Positions 10,691-19,220 of a DNA stretch of 64,000 nucleotides are shown here, one piece after another. The notes under the pieces were generated by a model that did no database searches, was not told the origin of the DNA, and saw only the letters and a program-made list of their open reading frames with translations. The stretch lies in the IMG/VR virus record IMGVR_UViG_3300044680_000048, positions 32,001 through 96,000 of that record; one strand, given 5' to 3'. Position numbers and translations under genes: made by a program. This stretch comes from a virus. Positions within the stretch are counted from its first letter, which is position 1. Each line of letters starts with the position of its first letter.

Positions 10691-11136
10691 TAAATTGCTC
10701 CAAGGAAGTCATTCCAAGCATTATTCTGCCAGTCTTTAGTTGTATCCCCAGCACTTGAAGGGGTAAATCTTGCCACATCACTAATAGCAGATTTAGACCG
10801 CCGGAAATCCGTAGAGTCTAAATCTTGAGCAACTTCATCTAAAGTAGGTTTAGACTTCTGCCGGACTCCTCCAATAAAAGGATAAATAGTGGAGAAGTGG
10901 GTTACTTCTGGAAGGTATATAGAAACTTCAGCTCCATGAGAGCTGGAAGATAAACTTCGTTTAATATAATTCCGCAGTTCTTGAGTTCTTACCGGAACTT
11001 TAGACTGAAAGGCTTGGAGGGCAAGTTCTCCATACTCATTCCCTAACTCAATGGAGAGTTCAGCAAGAGTAGTAGGATTTAAATTCTTGGTTAAAGAGGA
11101 ATCAAAATTAATATTAATTTTTGCTAGGTCTGTCAT
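10690..11136 (-). CDS. virion protein between chaperone and tape measure (148 aa)
   Basis: ATG start at 11136. The KVPVRTQELRNYI segment weakly recalls HK97 gp10-type tail components (from memory, not verified). The position is unusual. Confidence 0.5.
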   Translation of the reverse strand: MTDLAKININFDSSLTKNLNPTTLAELSIELGNEYGELALQAFQSKVPVRTQELRNYIKRSLSSSSHGAEVSIYLPEVTHFSTIYPFIGGVRQKSKPTLDEVAQDLDSTDFRRSKSAISDVARFTPSSAGDTTKDWQNNAWNDFLGAI

Positions 11137-11154
11137 ACCTATATTGTATACAAA

Positions 11155-11939
11155 TTACTCTTCGCCACCAAAGGCTTGGAAGATCTTACCGGCAGCTGCA
11201 AGAACGCCATGTTCAGACCCACTTGTGGTTTCCCCTTCTTCCCCTTTGTGGGCTAAGAGGGTAATAATTTCCATTAGGCGCCAACGGGGAAAGGAATCAA
11301 AAGAGTCCCAAGTGTTGAAATAAAATCCAGCAATATTTAACTCAAGGAATAGCTTATTATCTGCATCAATTTCTGCAATAGGGACAGGAGCCTGTATTTG
11401 CTTGAGAAGTTCAGAAAATCCGCTAATAGAATCACGGACTTTTTTAAACTCTTCTTCTAAAGCTAGTTTAGACTCCTTGGAGGTAAAAAAAGTACACCCA
11501 ATTCACACTCATTATTAATGAGAAGTTTGGCTAGAGCAAGTTTAGTTTTATCCCAGACACCCGCATCAAACCCTTCTTGAGTGACCTTAGCAGCTTGTCC
11601 AAACTGGTGGCCAAGGACGGAAAGGCAATCAAAGGCTAATTTCATAACATAAGATTCATTGTCTTCCGGCAAGACTCCATCTACGGCAGCTTGTTTCTCT
11701 TCCAAGATAGGGGTTATCCTTTCTTCATATTCAGCCATAGACTCATCTTCCAACTTAATCAAACGGGAAGAATATTCTTTATCTATTTCCCGAAGAGCTT
11801 TCTTCTGTTCTTCAAGCTTAGCATCGTGCTTAACTCCAACTTCTTTAATAGCCGCCCGAAGTTCCCTAGCCTTAGCTACAGTGATCATATCTGACTTGAT
11901 AACGAGTCTTTGGGCACCTAGAACAAATTCTGTATCCAT
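11155..11939 (-). CDS. tail assembly chaperone, GT-like -1 frameshift product
   Basis: I translated the -1 frame by hand from the slippery site. It stays open for about 110 codons (TSKESKLALEEEFKKVRDS...GKIFQAFGGEE) and ends at a TAA at 11155-11157. It fills the otherwise ORF-free gap 11137-11462. Confidence 0.65.
11463..11939 (-). CDS. tail assembly chaperone, G-like short product (158 aa)
   Basis: Acidic helical ORF upstream of the tape measure. It ends seven codons after a T_TTT_TTA slippery heptamer. Confidence 0.7.
   Translation of the reverse strand: MDTEFVLGAQRLVIKSDMITVAKARELRAAIKEVGVKHDAKLEEQKKALREIDKEYSSRLIKLEDESMAEYEERITPILEEKQAAVDGVLPEDNESYVMKLAFDCLSVLGHQFGQAAKVTQEGFDAGVWDKTKLALAKLLINNECELGVLFLPPRSLN
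11484..11490 (-). promoter_or_regulatory. -1 programmed ribosomal frameshift slippery heptamer T_TTT_TTA
   Basis: The minus strand reads GTA CTT TTT TTA CCT. In the zero frame this gives X_XXY_YYZ = T_TTT_TTA. On the plus strand it is the A7 run at 11485-11491. Confidence 0.65.
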
Positions 11940-11977
11940 TTATCCATCCTTATTGGGTAATCTAGTAGGTAGTTTAA

Positions 11978-12511
11978 CTAAAACGGACTAATGCCGGTTT
12001 GATTCATTAGAGTTATCAATGCTGAGTTAGCTTCTTTATGGAAGAGTTGGATAGTAGCGTCCCGCTGGTTCCAGAAAAAGTTTAGGGGAATATCTGTTTG
12101 TACTTTTTTACTTCTAACAATTTGCCAATTTACAATAACTTCACATTGGGGAATGAAAATACTGCTTCCGGAAGTATTAACTCCATCCCATAACAAGAGG
12201 GAATATTGTTGCCCAGAAGGAGGAGAATCTTGTGCTGCCGTAACCCAGTTAGACATTGCCAGGCAAATTGCCTGCGGATCATCGCTAATAAAGGTAAGGG
12301 AAACCTTGATTCCGGGAAGACCTTCTTGTACTGTTCCATTAACACAAGCTTTCCACCCAGACTTAGGAAGGTTATATCCTACCGTATAATTTCCCGTCCC
12401 AATAATATTCACTTGAGTTAGGGGAACTCCGGAAGCTCCATATTGACCCACATACATTGAAGTAAAGGGACCGAAAACAAATTTAAATACTGCCAAGAAA
12501 AAAATCCCCAC
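11978..12511 (-). CDS. tail structural protein, possible tube-type (177 aa)
   Basis: It lies between the 307-aa ORF and the chaperone gene. GTG start at 12511, with an alternative ATG at 12457. The role is inferred from position only. Confidence 0.5.
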   Translation of the reverse strand: MGIFFLAVFKFVFGPFTSMYVGQYGASGVPLTQVNIIGTGNYTVGYNLPKSGWKACVNGTVQEGLPGIKVSLTFISDDPQAICLAMSNWVTAAQDSPPSGQQYSLLLWDGVNTSGSSIFIPQCEVIVNWQIVRSKKVQTDIPLNFFWNQRDATIQLFHKEANSALITLMNQTGISPF

Positions 12512-12525
12512 TTATTACAGTAGGG

Positions 12526-12534
12526 ATTCTAACT
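12526..12534 (-). promoter_or_regulatory. AGTTAGAAT promoter-like box
   Basis: The minus strand reads AAAGTTAGAATCCC, 15 nt upstream of the GTG at 12511. It belongs to the same family as the boxes at 13607, 16651, 31395 and 48509. Confidence 0.4.
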
Positions 12535-12554
12535 TTTAGATTTTACTTAATTAG

Positions 12555-13478
12555 TTACTTTCTGCTGTAAGTGAATACAGTAGCTGAGTTATTAAACAAG
12601 TAATCTGATGGAACAGTGACAAAATGGTAGGGAGTAGGAGTTTGAGCTTTCTTGCTCCAGGCTTGTGTAATACTATCCAAATTCTTAAGGAAAAGGGAAG
12701 TAAACAGAACTTGTTCACTAACACCCGTCGCGGGGTCCGGAGGAGGAGTTACGATAAAGGGTCTGTTACCTTGGACAACAATTTGAGCAGTATTGGCCGC
12801 CAAATCCGCCTGTTGATAGACATGGCCATTTGCTGTAACTTGTGTATAGTCTCCGAAAGAGGCTCTACAGAAAGTCAAAACATCATTTGCCAGAACTTGA
12901 TACTGAACTTCAGCACTTCTACTAGAAATAGCATCAAAGTCAGCAGCATTGTTAGGACTGAATGTTACCTTGCCGGAAGGGTTAAATATGACATTAACCG
13001 TTTCCGTTGTAGGAGACTGTGTAACAAATTGGAAACCTTGCGGGTTTCTATCACCTAATTCTGGGTAAGAAGAGTTGGAACTAGAAGCTTGGAGGGTAGC
13101 AATTGGAATTTGAGTATATTGGGCCATTGGTTTAGCCTTAACTGTTACTACCATATCATTAATGGCATCTACAGCTACACACTCAGCTAGTTGGAATCCA
13201 CCTGAATTGGTCTTCAACCAAACACAGACAAAGGCCGCATTAGAAAAATTACTTGGCCAAGAGGCGTTAGATAAGTAAACATTTATAACGTTCTGTGAGC
13301 CAGTCAGAACGATGTTTCCGCTGGGACTAGTAGATACAGTGCTTGAATAACCATCAGTTGTAGTATCTTGTCCCGTGAGGGTTACTGCAACTTGGTAAGT
13401 ATCCGTCCGTAAAAGAGGAGCCCTAAAACTATTATAGAAAATGTTATCAGCTACGTAGCCACTGGCAACAAATGCCAT
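12555..13478 (-). CDS. major tail protein candidate (307 aa)
   Basis: It sits two genes upstream of the chaperone pair and is preceded by a 143-bp intergenic region with a promoter-like box. No sequence motif was recognised. Confidence 0.5.
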   Translation of the reverse strand: MAFVASGYVADNIFYNSFRAPLLRTDTYQVAVTLTGQDTTTDGYSSTVSTSPSGNIVLTGSQNVINVYLSNASWPSNFSNAAFVCVWLKTNSGGFQLAECVAVDAINDMVVTVKAKPMAQYTQIPIATLQASSSNSSYPELGDRNPQGFQFVTQSPTTETVNVIFNPSGKVTFSPNNAADFDAISSRSAEVQYQVLANDVLTFCRASFGDYTQVTANGHVYQQADLAANTAQIVVQGNRPFIVTPPPDPATGVSEQVLFTSLFLKNLDSITQAWSKKAQTPTPYHFVTVPSDYLFNNSATVFTYSRK

Positions 13479-13606
13479 TCCTTCTAAAGAGGGTATTGCT
13501 GATTGATTAGGTACACCAATTGCAACTCCGGCTGGACCTGCGCGAAAGGAAATTACTGAAATGGCCCTATACCCCGTATACGAGAAAGATTTGTTTTACA
13601 AATAGA

Positions 13607-13615
13607 ATTGTAACT
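13607..13615 (-). promoter_or_regulatory. AGTTACAAT promoter-like box
   Basis: The minus strand reads GTAGTTACAATTC in the intergenic region upstream of the 307-aa ORF. The 12-mer TAGTTACAATTC is identical to the one at 31393-31404. Confidence 0.4.
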
Positions 13616-13621
13616 ACAGGT

Positions 13622-14233
13622 TTAATATTTGAGTCTCTTTACTACTAATCTCTGGTAGAAGCAGTAAAAACGAACATAAAATTCTTTAGAGTCTTTCCCG
13701 ACAAGTCCATCCCAGTATGCTTTTACGTCTGATTGTGGATCTATAGTGAGGTCTGTAACAGGGATTTCCGGAATCCCGTTAACATTAGTTCCCCAGTTAT
13801 AGTCTATTAAGGATCTTATTCTTAGTTCCGCCAAGGCACATCTATCAGCATCAGCTTGAGAGACAGTTCCCCCAATCTTTAAGTAGATGAAGACTTCCGC
13901 AAACTCTGCTCCAGTAGCATTACTCTTAGGTCCTATATCTACAGGAGAGTCACATTGGTCCATTATTCTATTAGTTTGGACATCTATAGTCCTGCTTCCC
14001 GATTGACCAACTCCAAAGGAATCAGTTACCATTCCCGCCCATTGAGTATTTGTATAGCCGGAAGAGGGAGTTCCGGAAAGCCATATATCCTTTATACAGG
14101 TATAGAGATATGTAGGAACAGCTGAAGCAGCATTAAACTGTAGAGGATAAGCAGCTACATAACTAGAAGCGAAAAGTGTAGTAACGTCATTCCGCAAGAC
14201 ATCAGCAAGGCATTTACCTATTCCGGTAGACAT
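13622..14233 (-). CDS. head-tail joining region hypothetical protein (203 aa)
   Basis: Co-oriented ORF that abuts the upstream ORF with a 1-nt overlap. Confidence 0.5.
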   Translation of the reverse strand: MSTGIGKCLADVLRNDVTTLFASSYVAAYPLQFNAASAVPTYLYTCIKDIWLSGTPSSGYTNTQWAGMVTDSFGVGQSGSRTIDVQTNRIMDQCDSPVDIGPKSNATGAEFAEVFIYLKIGGTVSQADADRCALAELRIRSLIDYNWGTNVNGIPEIPVTDLTIDPQSDVKAYWDGLVGKDSKEFYVRFYCFYQRLVVKRLKY

Positions 14234-14853
14234 TATGTTCTATCCGCCTGTTCTAGGTTGAGGATACAAATATTATCCTTATAATCTACTAGGGTAATTT
14301 GCCATACATCATTGGACCCAACTCCAGGAGTTTGGTCTATTAATTTCATCCCTTCAACTATTCCGGCACGTTTATAAATTACTGCTCTTTTAGTAGGAGT
14401 ATTGAGGGAAGTAGTTTGAGCAGGAAAAGTATCCCTTCCGGCAATGAGATTAATGGAATACTCAAATAGGACATTAGAGTATATAGTATTCTGTCCATCA
14501 GTAATACTTCCGGTTTTAGTAGTCTTAAATCCTAGAAATTGATGCATTTCTGGGACTTGTAGCATGGTCATTACCGGAAAGTCATTAGTGGTGGTTTCTT
14601 GGATTATATAACCAGGAGAGAGGGAAGTTCTATCCCCACAGACTATGAATAACTCCATATCTCTATACTTATCTTGGGCAAATTTATCATTACAAGCTTC
14701 TACATGAAGCTTTCTTCCCGTCAAGTAGGGTTGAGGAGTTCCGTCCACCCTAGTGTATATGGGGGAAGAGATATTCCAATAGTAATCCCCGCCTGCCAAT
14801 TTGGCAGTCATTATCTTATAGGTATACTCTATTCGGCTTAGGCGGTTAGACAT
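14233..14853 (-). CDS. head-tail joining region hypothetical protein (206 aa)
   Basis: Co-oriented, tightly packed ORF in the tail operon. Confidence 0.5.
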   Translation of the reverse strand: MSNRLSRIEYTYKIMTAKLAGGDYYWNISSPIYTRVDGTPQPYLTGRKLHVEACNDKFAQDKYRDMELFIVCGDRTSLSPGYIIQETTTNDFPVMTMLQVPEMHQFLGFKTTKTGSITDGQNTIYSNVLFEYSINLIAGRDTFPAQTTSLNTPTKRAVIYKRAGIVEGMKLIDQTPGVGSNDVWQITLVDYKDNICILNLEQADRT

Positions 14854-14854
14854 A

Positions 14855-15862
14855 TTAGTTCAAAATAACGTATTCGGACAATTCCCCTCTAATCTGGTCA
14901 ATCAGGGGAGTATCCTTAAATGTAACTTTCCAAGAGCCATCTTGGAGGGAAGATATTCCGGCATTGTTCTCTAAGATTGCTGACATTAATCTGTAGAGAG
15001 CAGCCTGAACTGTTACTGGGATTTTATAGTTTCCGCCAACATAAGAAATCTTAATTTCATTACCAAAGCTAGAGGGCTCATACGAGTAATAAGCATTCTG
15101 GGAAGGTATGTATTGTAATTCTCCGGTTCTTCTAATATAGTTCCACATAACACTGGCGGAACCCCCTAAGAAAATACCAAAGAGGGAAAAGGTATAAGGG
15201 CGTTTAGCCCATACTCCATCAAACCAGAGGCCGGGAATAGATTCCCTAAGGAAGAATGACCGCTGCCAATAGCCCGCCTCTTCATGGACCCTACATGTCA
15301 TTACTATGCGGTTATTGAGCATTGATATAAGTCTTGAGGAAGCAATTTCAATCAAACTTATAATCTGAGTATTAGTTAGAGGGGTACCATTAACATCAGT
15401 TAAGACTAATCCATTAATAGGACCTTCATTTTGGGCTTCCGCTAACGTACATAAAAGAGGAGTTTCGGAAATCTTATAAAGGATTCCGGTTGAATCATTA
15501 ATGAGGGAAATCTCATAGTCACATTCACTAAAGAAGGTGAGGACATTCTCTGAGATGTTTACTCTCCAGAGGGCTAAACCCAACTGAGAGCTGAAGACGG
15601 GGAATCCATTAGGATCAATTGTACTGTTGCTAGTAAATTGCGGTTGCCCCGTAAATAAAAATCCATACTGCTGTAACTGTATAGTCAGCTGGGTTTGAGC
15701 GGCAAAAGCCACAGCGTTTTCGTTCATAGAAGTCACAATTCCAGTTACAGGTAAATTAAATAGAACTTGATTAAACGCAGCATCAATACTTTGAAATTGG
15801 ATTGAAAAACCACCAGAAGAGGCCGCACTTTGACAAATGCTAAGTGAAATTAATCTTTCCAA
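14855..15862 (-). CDS. first gene of the tail operon, hypothetical structural protein (335 aa)
   Basis: TTG start with an in-frame TAG just upstream. A palindromic AGTATACT -10-like box lies at 15885-15892. Confidence 0.5.
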   Translation of the reverse strand: MERLISLSICQSAASSGGFSIQFQSIDAAFNQVLFNLPVTGIVTSMNENAVAFAAQTQLTIQLQQYGFLFTGQPQFTSNSTIDPNGFPVFSSQLGLALWRVNISENVLTFFSECDYEISLINDSTGILYKISETPLLCTLAEAQNEGPINGLVLTDVNGTPLTNTQIISLIEIASSRLISMLNNRIVMTCRVHEEAGYWQRSFFLRESIPGLWFDGVWAKRPYTFSLFGIFLGGSASVMWNYIRRTGELQYIPSQNAYYSYEPSSFGNEIKISYVGGNYKIPVTVQAALYRLMSAILENNAGISSLQDGSWKVTFKDTPLIDQIRGELSEYVILN

Positions 15863-16104
15863 CCTTGGTTTTCCTAAACATTGTAGTATACTATTGATTG
15901 TAGTCTAACAGGAGCTTAACAGAGATTGGTACAAGAAAGAGAAAATTTAATAGGAGTATGCTAAAACTGGTTCTTATACTGCCTCCTTAGAAGACGTTAA
16001 GAAACATATTCAAAAGCATGGTGGGAAAGTAGAAATTTACTGCTAATGGGTAGTACTCTTCCCATTAAGCCCCGTTTTAAGAGTTAATGGGTACACATTA
16101 ACAG

Positions 16105-16126
16105 AAAAACCTCCCTCAGGGGAGGC
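16105..16126 (-). terminator. intrinsic terminator on the minus strand
   Basis: The minus strand reads CCTCCC-CTGA-GGGAGG followed by TTTTT. No annotated minus-strand gene lies upstream of it. Confidence 0.5.
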
Positions 16127-16643
16127 TACTACTAATGTTATTTTAGTATCTGCGGCAGTCTTACGACTACCCACCACCAACTTTCGTCGATGGGGCCTAA
16201 GAGCAAGTCTTAGGGTGGATTTCCTTCTACGTTATTCCGGCTAGTTACTTAAAACTCTCCATCGGTATACCCCAAGGGACCAAGAATAACGGCTTATGAA
16301 GGAAGTTAAATGAAGAAGGGGTTCGAACCTTTAGTTTCCCTTAAAGAAACTCCTTAATCATTTAATTACTCTTCCGGCAAGATTTTACTTGCATCTTCCT
16401 CTGTACAATCGAGGGCTTTAATTAAGCGACGGAAGTTAGATTGTCTTCCACGGTGGTCACGATCATTACCTACCCTGAAGACTTTGTAGGTTATCAACCT
16501 ACAACTTAAAGTTGATTTCCGAAATAAGAACGTCATATCAACTTAATAGCTAGATATTTTAGTACTACTATTTAGCTATCTTGGGGGGAAGAAGTACGCA
16601 GAATTCTGTTCCCTCTTCCTTGTATATTTATTTTACCATACCT

Positions 16644-16659
16644 TTCCGGAAGTTACAAT
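16644..16659 (+). promoter_or_regulatory. TTCCGGAAGTTACAAT promoter-like box
   Basis: It lies 32 nt upstream of the ATG at 16691. It is nearly identical to TTCCGGAAGTTAGAAT at 48502-48517. Confidence 0.45.
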
Positions 16660-16690
16660 CTCAAAAGTGTTAAATTTTTAGGAGAAGAAG

Positions 16691-17071
16691 ATGAAACGAC
16701 CGGAAGGTTACTTTGGAAAACTACTAACAGTAGATTTTCTAGGTATAAGATCTGAACTCCTAGTAGATAAAGAGTTAATGGCTGAGGTTTCCCGTCAAGT
16801 TATTAGTCTTGCGGCAATGACCATAATACAAGGTCCAGACATTTTCTATTATGAGCACCCAACAGACCCATTAGAGAGTGGACTTACCGGATGTACTATC
16901 CTCTCAGAAAGTCACTTCACATTTCACTCGTTCCAGAGAAGCGGGTTCCTAACCCTAGATCTGTATAGCTGTTCAGATTTTATTCCGGAAACAATTATAA
17001 GTTACCTAAAGGGTGTATTTAACCCAACTTCAATGGAAACTAATGTTCACCTTAGAGGGAAGGGATACTAG
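16691..17071 (+). CDS. speD: S-adenosylmethionine decarboxylase proenzyme, small pyruvoyl class (126 aa)
   Basis: The LSESHFTFHSF segment matches the ESH self-cleavage site. The downstream LDLYSC segment and the ~125-aa size fit bacterial class 1b AdoMetDC. A GGAG box precedes the ATG. Its TAG shares a CTAG with the convergent gene. Confidence 0.65.
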   Translation: MKRPEGYFGKLLTVDFLGIRSELLVDKELMAEVSRQVISLAAMTIIQGPDIFYYEHPTDPLESGLTGCTILSESHFTFHSFQRSGFLTLDLYSCSDFIPETIISYLKGVFNPTSMETNVHLRGKGY

Positions 17072-17493
17072 GGTTTAATAACTCCTGCTTCTAGTTCGTC
17101 TCTTGTATATTCTATTTGTTCATCAATAAGTCCTGGGTCATAATAAGGTTCCGGAAAGTTAATTAATTTAACTGTTTGAGAATATGTATTGTAGATGCCT
17201 ACAGCTATTCCCGTAGGAATATGTAGAGTACCACCAGTAGCTAAAACGTACTCTTTGGGTCCTGGTATACCTGGTTTGAAGAGAGTTACCTTTGCTGTTC
17301 CTTCTACACAGACATAATTAGAAGCTCTAATCTTATGTAGGTGAAACCCCTTGAAACAGTAGGGCTTAACGGTAGTCAAATAGGCTACTGTATGCTCCCC
17401 GTCTTTCTTTAATTCCATTAACTCACCATTAGTGAGATAGCCGGAAGAGTAGGTAATAACCTGCTTAGCCCAGCCAAGTTTTCCAAATTCCAT
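17068..17493 (-). CDS. cupin-fold sugar-nucleotide epimerase/isomerase-like protein (141 aa)
   Basis: It has the size and a FKGFHLHK...VEGTAKV...IPTGIAVG pattern typical of RmlC or FdtA/QdtA-type cupins. This is a motif-level call only. Confidence 0.4.
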   Translation of the reverse strand: MEFGKLGWAKQVITYSSGYLTNGELMELKKDGEHTVAYLTTVKPYCFKGFHLHKIRASNYVCVEGTAKVTLFKPGIPGPKEYVLATGGTLHIPTGIAVGIYNTYSQTVKLINFPEPYYDPGLIDEQIEYTRDELEAGVIKP

Positions 17494-17495
17494 AA

Positions 17496-17762
17496 TTATC
17501 TAACCTCTTGAAGCATACGTGCTAGACGGGGATGGCAATAATAACCTTCCTTTTCTAGTAAAACTTTAACAGCAAGAAGGGCGTCATGTCCATTCATTAG
17601 ACGCTTATACTTCTCTAAAGGCATATATCTTACTTTACCCTTAATCTTGCCGGAAGTATTTCTTTTCTTGCTATTAAAGTTATTCCGGCACCTAATAGTG
17701 CAGTAGATATGAGCCGGATGTTTCATCTCAAACTGCCTTCCGCAATTGTCACAGATATCCAT
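17496..17762 (-). CDS. zinc-ribbon protein (88 aa)
   Basis: It has CDNC...CTIRC cysteine pairs and is basic. Confidence 0.5.
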   Translation of the reverse strand: MDICDNCGRQFEMKHPAHIYCTIRCRNNFNSKKRNTSGKIKGKVRYMPLEKYKRLMNGHDALLAVKVLLEKEGYYCHPRLARMLQEVR

Positions 17763-17774
17763 GAAAAATTCCTC

Positions 17775-18077
17775 CTAATTGTTACCTAACTTTTTTAACT
17801 TGAAGAACTTTATAATCCGTTTAAGTGTTTTTGGTATATCATAACCTTCGGTTATATCTTCCATATATGAAACAGTCTCTCTATAACCTATATGTAAGTC
17901 TATGTAAGCCTCATTATCAATTAAAGATATATCTGCCCGAAGGTTCTTCCGGACCCAGGAGAAATAAATACAGTTACTATCTACTATCTTAAAATAGTCC
18001 TTATTTAATTTGGGTTCCATTGACTCTAGCCAAACTTCTAGAGCCTTGGATCGATTTTCACATAAATTGGTTCTCAT
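17775..18077 (-). CDS. hypothetical protein (100 aa)
   Basis: Co-oriented ORF. Its ATG overlaps the stop of the small upstream ORF (ATGA). Confidence 0.5.
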   Translation of the reverse strand: MRTNLCENRSKALEVWLESMEPKLNKDYFKIVDSNCIYFSWVRKNLRADISLIDNEAYIDLHIGYRETVSYMEDITEGYDIPKTLKRIIKFFKLKKLGNN

Positions 18078-18193
18078 ACATTTAATACCATGCTTAGTTC
18101 AAGAAGAAGAAGTCCACGTTCTAGGGGGTCTTTCTCTTCCAGAAACCTTTTAAGAATTTGAGAAGCTAACCTCACCACATCACCGCTTTCCAT
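18074..18193 (-). CDS. small hypothetical protein (39 aa, below the track cutoff)
   Basis: Hand translation gives MESGDVVRLASQILKRFLEEKDPLERGLLLLELSMVLNV. An AGGAG box lies 8 nt upstream. An ATGA overlap couples it to the next gene. Confidence 0.4.
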   Translation of the reverse strand: MESGDVVRLASQILKRFLEEKDPLERGLLLLELSMVLNV

Positions 18194-18256
18194 AGATGAA
18201 CTCCTGTTGGTTTACAGAAATCAATATACAACAACCGGAATCTATTGTCAATACAG

Positions 18257-18280
18257 AAAAACCTCCCATTTCTGGTAGGT
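18257..18280 (-). terminator. imperfect intrinsic terminator on the minus strand
   Basis: A hairpin ACCTACC-AGAAAT-GGGAGGT with one mismatch is followed by TTTTT, just downstream of ORF 18316-18834. Confidence 0.35.
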
Positions 18281-18315
18281 CTTTAAGTTCATAATCGAGA
18301 CAGTAATATTTTAAC

Positions 18316-18834
18316 TTACTTGACTTTTGGTTCTTTGACAGAAGTGTTAAGTTTTTCTTCCTTTTTCAAATCAAGAGCAGTCTTACGGGTCTTAAGCTTA
18401 GCTTTTTCGGTCAATTCGACTTCCATCTCTTTGAGGATATCTCTTGGGGAAGTTTTATCCAACATAGAGGTATAGAGATTCATATACTTCTGATTCTTAA
18501 CTGAAATGGGGTCTGAATTGAAGACACCGGAACGGTAATGGCAAGAACGCATTACTCTCTTGGCAAACTCCTTATCATTAGTATCAATAATCCCGTCTTC
18601 ACTTTCCGCTACCCAAGAAGCCACAAGATGCTCTTCTGTATGAAGATGTTCTGGAATGATAGGTTGGCCGGTAGCCGTAGCCCCTAGCTTATTCTTCTTA
18701 CTAAGGATTTCTTGATATTCTTCACAGAGAGTGGGATCAAAGAATTGAGCTTCTCCGGAAATCTGCCCATCAAGGTCAATTTTTGCGCCGTCTTTAGCCG
18801 GTCTAACAGCTAGTCGATAAAATGAAAGCTTCAT
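18316..18834 (-). CDS. hypothetical protein (172 aa)
   Basis: Long ORF with a Lys/Glu-rich C-terminus. No motif recognised. Confidence 0.55.
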   Translation of the reverse strand: MKLSFYRLAVRPAKDGAKIDLDGQISGEAQFFDPTLCEEYQEILSKKNKLGATATGQPIIPEHLHTEEHLVASWVAESEDGIIDTNDKEFAKRVMRSCHYRSGVFNSDPISVKNQKYMNLYTSMLDKTSPRDILKEMEVELTEKAKLKTRKTALDLKKEEKLNTSVKEPKVK

Positions 18835-18858
18835 TTAATATTCAAATTCCTATATAGG

Positions 18859-18867
18859 TGGTATACT
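18859..18867 (+). promoter_or_regulatory. extended -10 promoter TGGTATACT
   Basis: A TGn-TATACT box lies 33 nt upstream of the ATG at 18900, at a divergent junction. Confidence 0.45.
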
Positions 18868-18899
18868 ATGTATGTTAGAAGCTAGTGGGTCAATAAGAA

Positions 18900-19220
18900 A
18901 TGGATGATAAATTTAAGCTTAAAAGAACTGGAACACCCTTATCCGAAATTTGGAGCATTTACTCTGGACCCACAGGTAGAAGCGACTACCTATTAAAAGA
19001 ATTAGAGGGTTTAGGATTTGATTCTGTGGAGAGGCTTTATAGTAGTATTATAGGGTCTCCCGAAGCTTTTCAAGTGTTTTTTAAAGTTCATGGGGAAAAC
19101 CTAAGTACCCTTATAGGGATACTTGAAGCGTATCTTCCCGTTTCTTTTATTAAAGAGGTTAAGGAGTATATAGCTCCTGAATATGGTATGGGTCTAGTCT
19201 TGCCGGAAGACTTTGGATAG
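18900..19220 (+). CDS. hypothetical protein (106 aa)
   Basis: First ORF of a rightward block of small genes. Confidence 0.5.
   Translation: MDDKFKLKRTGTPLSEIWSIYSGPTGRSDYLLKELEGLGFDSVERLYSSIIGSPEAFQVFFKVHGENLSTLIGILEAYLPVSFIKEVKEYIAPEYGMGLVLPEDFG

Larger units (their letters stand above)
15863..16690. other. 828-bp ORF-free structured intergenic region (candidate ncRNA, origin or regulatory hub)
   Basis: There is no ORF of 60 aa or more on either strand. Perfect hairpins lie at 16061-16091, 16196-16214 and 16484-16504. Three GGAAGTTA boxes lie at 16301, 16431 and 16648. The words TACTACTA and ATTTTAGTA each occur twice. Confidence 0.6.

Noticed and set aside
11051-11323. 90-aa plus-strand ORF in the gap between the chaperone and the 148-aa gene
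   Set aside because: The minus strand -1 frame (the GT extension) is open across the whole gap and gives a canonical explanation. The plus-strand ORF is its antisense shadow.
12130-12421. Cluster of three overlapping ~71-78-aa ORFs on both strands
   Set aside because: All are embedded in the 177-aa tail gene, and none has start signals.
16316-16330. GGGGTTCGAACC, resembling a tRNA or tmRNA T-arm, in the ORF-free region
   Set aside because: I could not build an acceptor stem, a D arm or an anticodon arm on either strand. The T-loop register is off by one and no CCA follows.
16366-16536. 56-aa basic minus-strand ORF (MTFLFRKSTLSCRLITYKVFRVGNDRDHRGRQSNFRRLIKALDCTEEDASKILPEE) in the ORF-free region
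   Set aside because: It has no Shine-Dalgarno site. A perfect 9-bp hairpin lies inside it. It is just under the track cutoff. It is kept only as an alternative explanation under the ORF-free-region finding.
16644-16652. CCGGAAGT equals the eukaryotic ETS transcription-factor core site
   Set aside because: This is a coincidence of motif. The sequence has bacterial Shine-Dalgarno sites, -10 boxes and phage gene content, so it has no biological relevance here.
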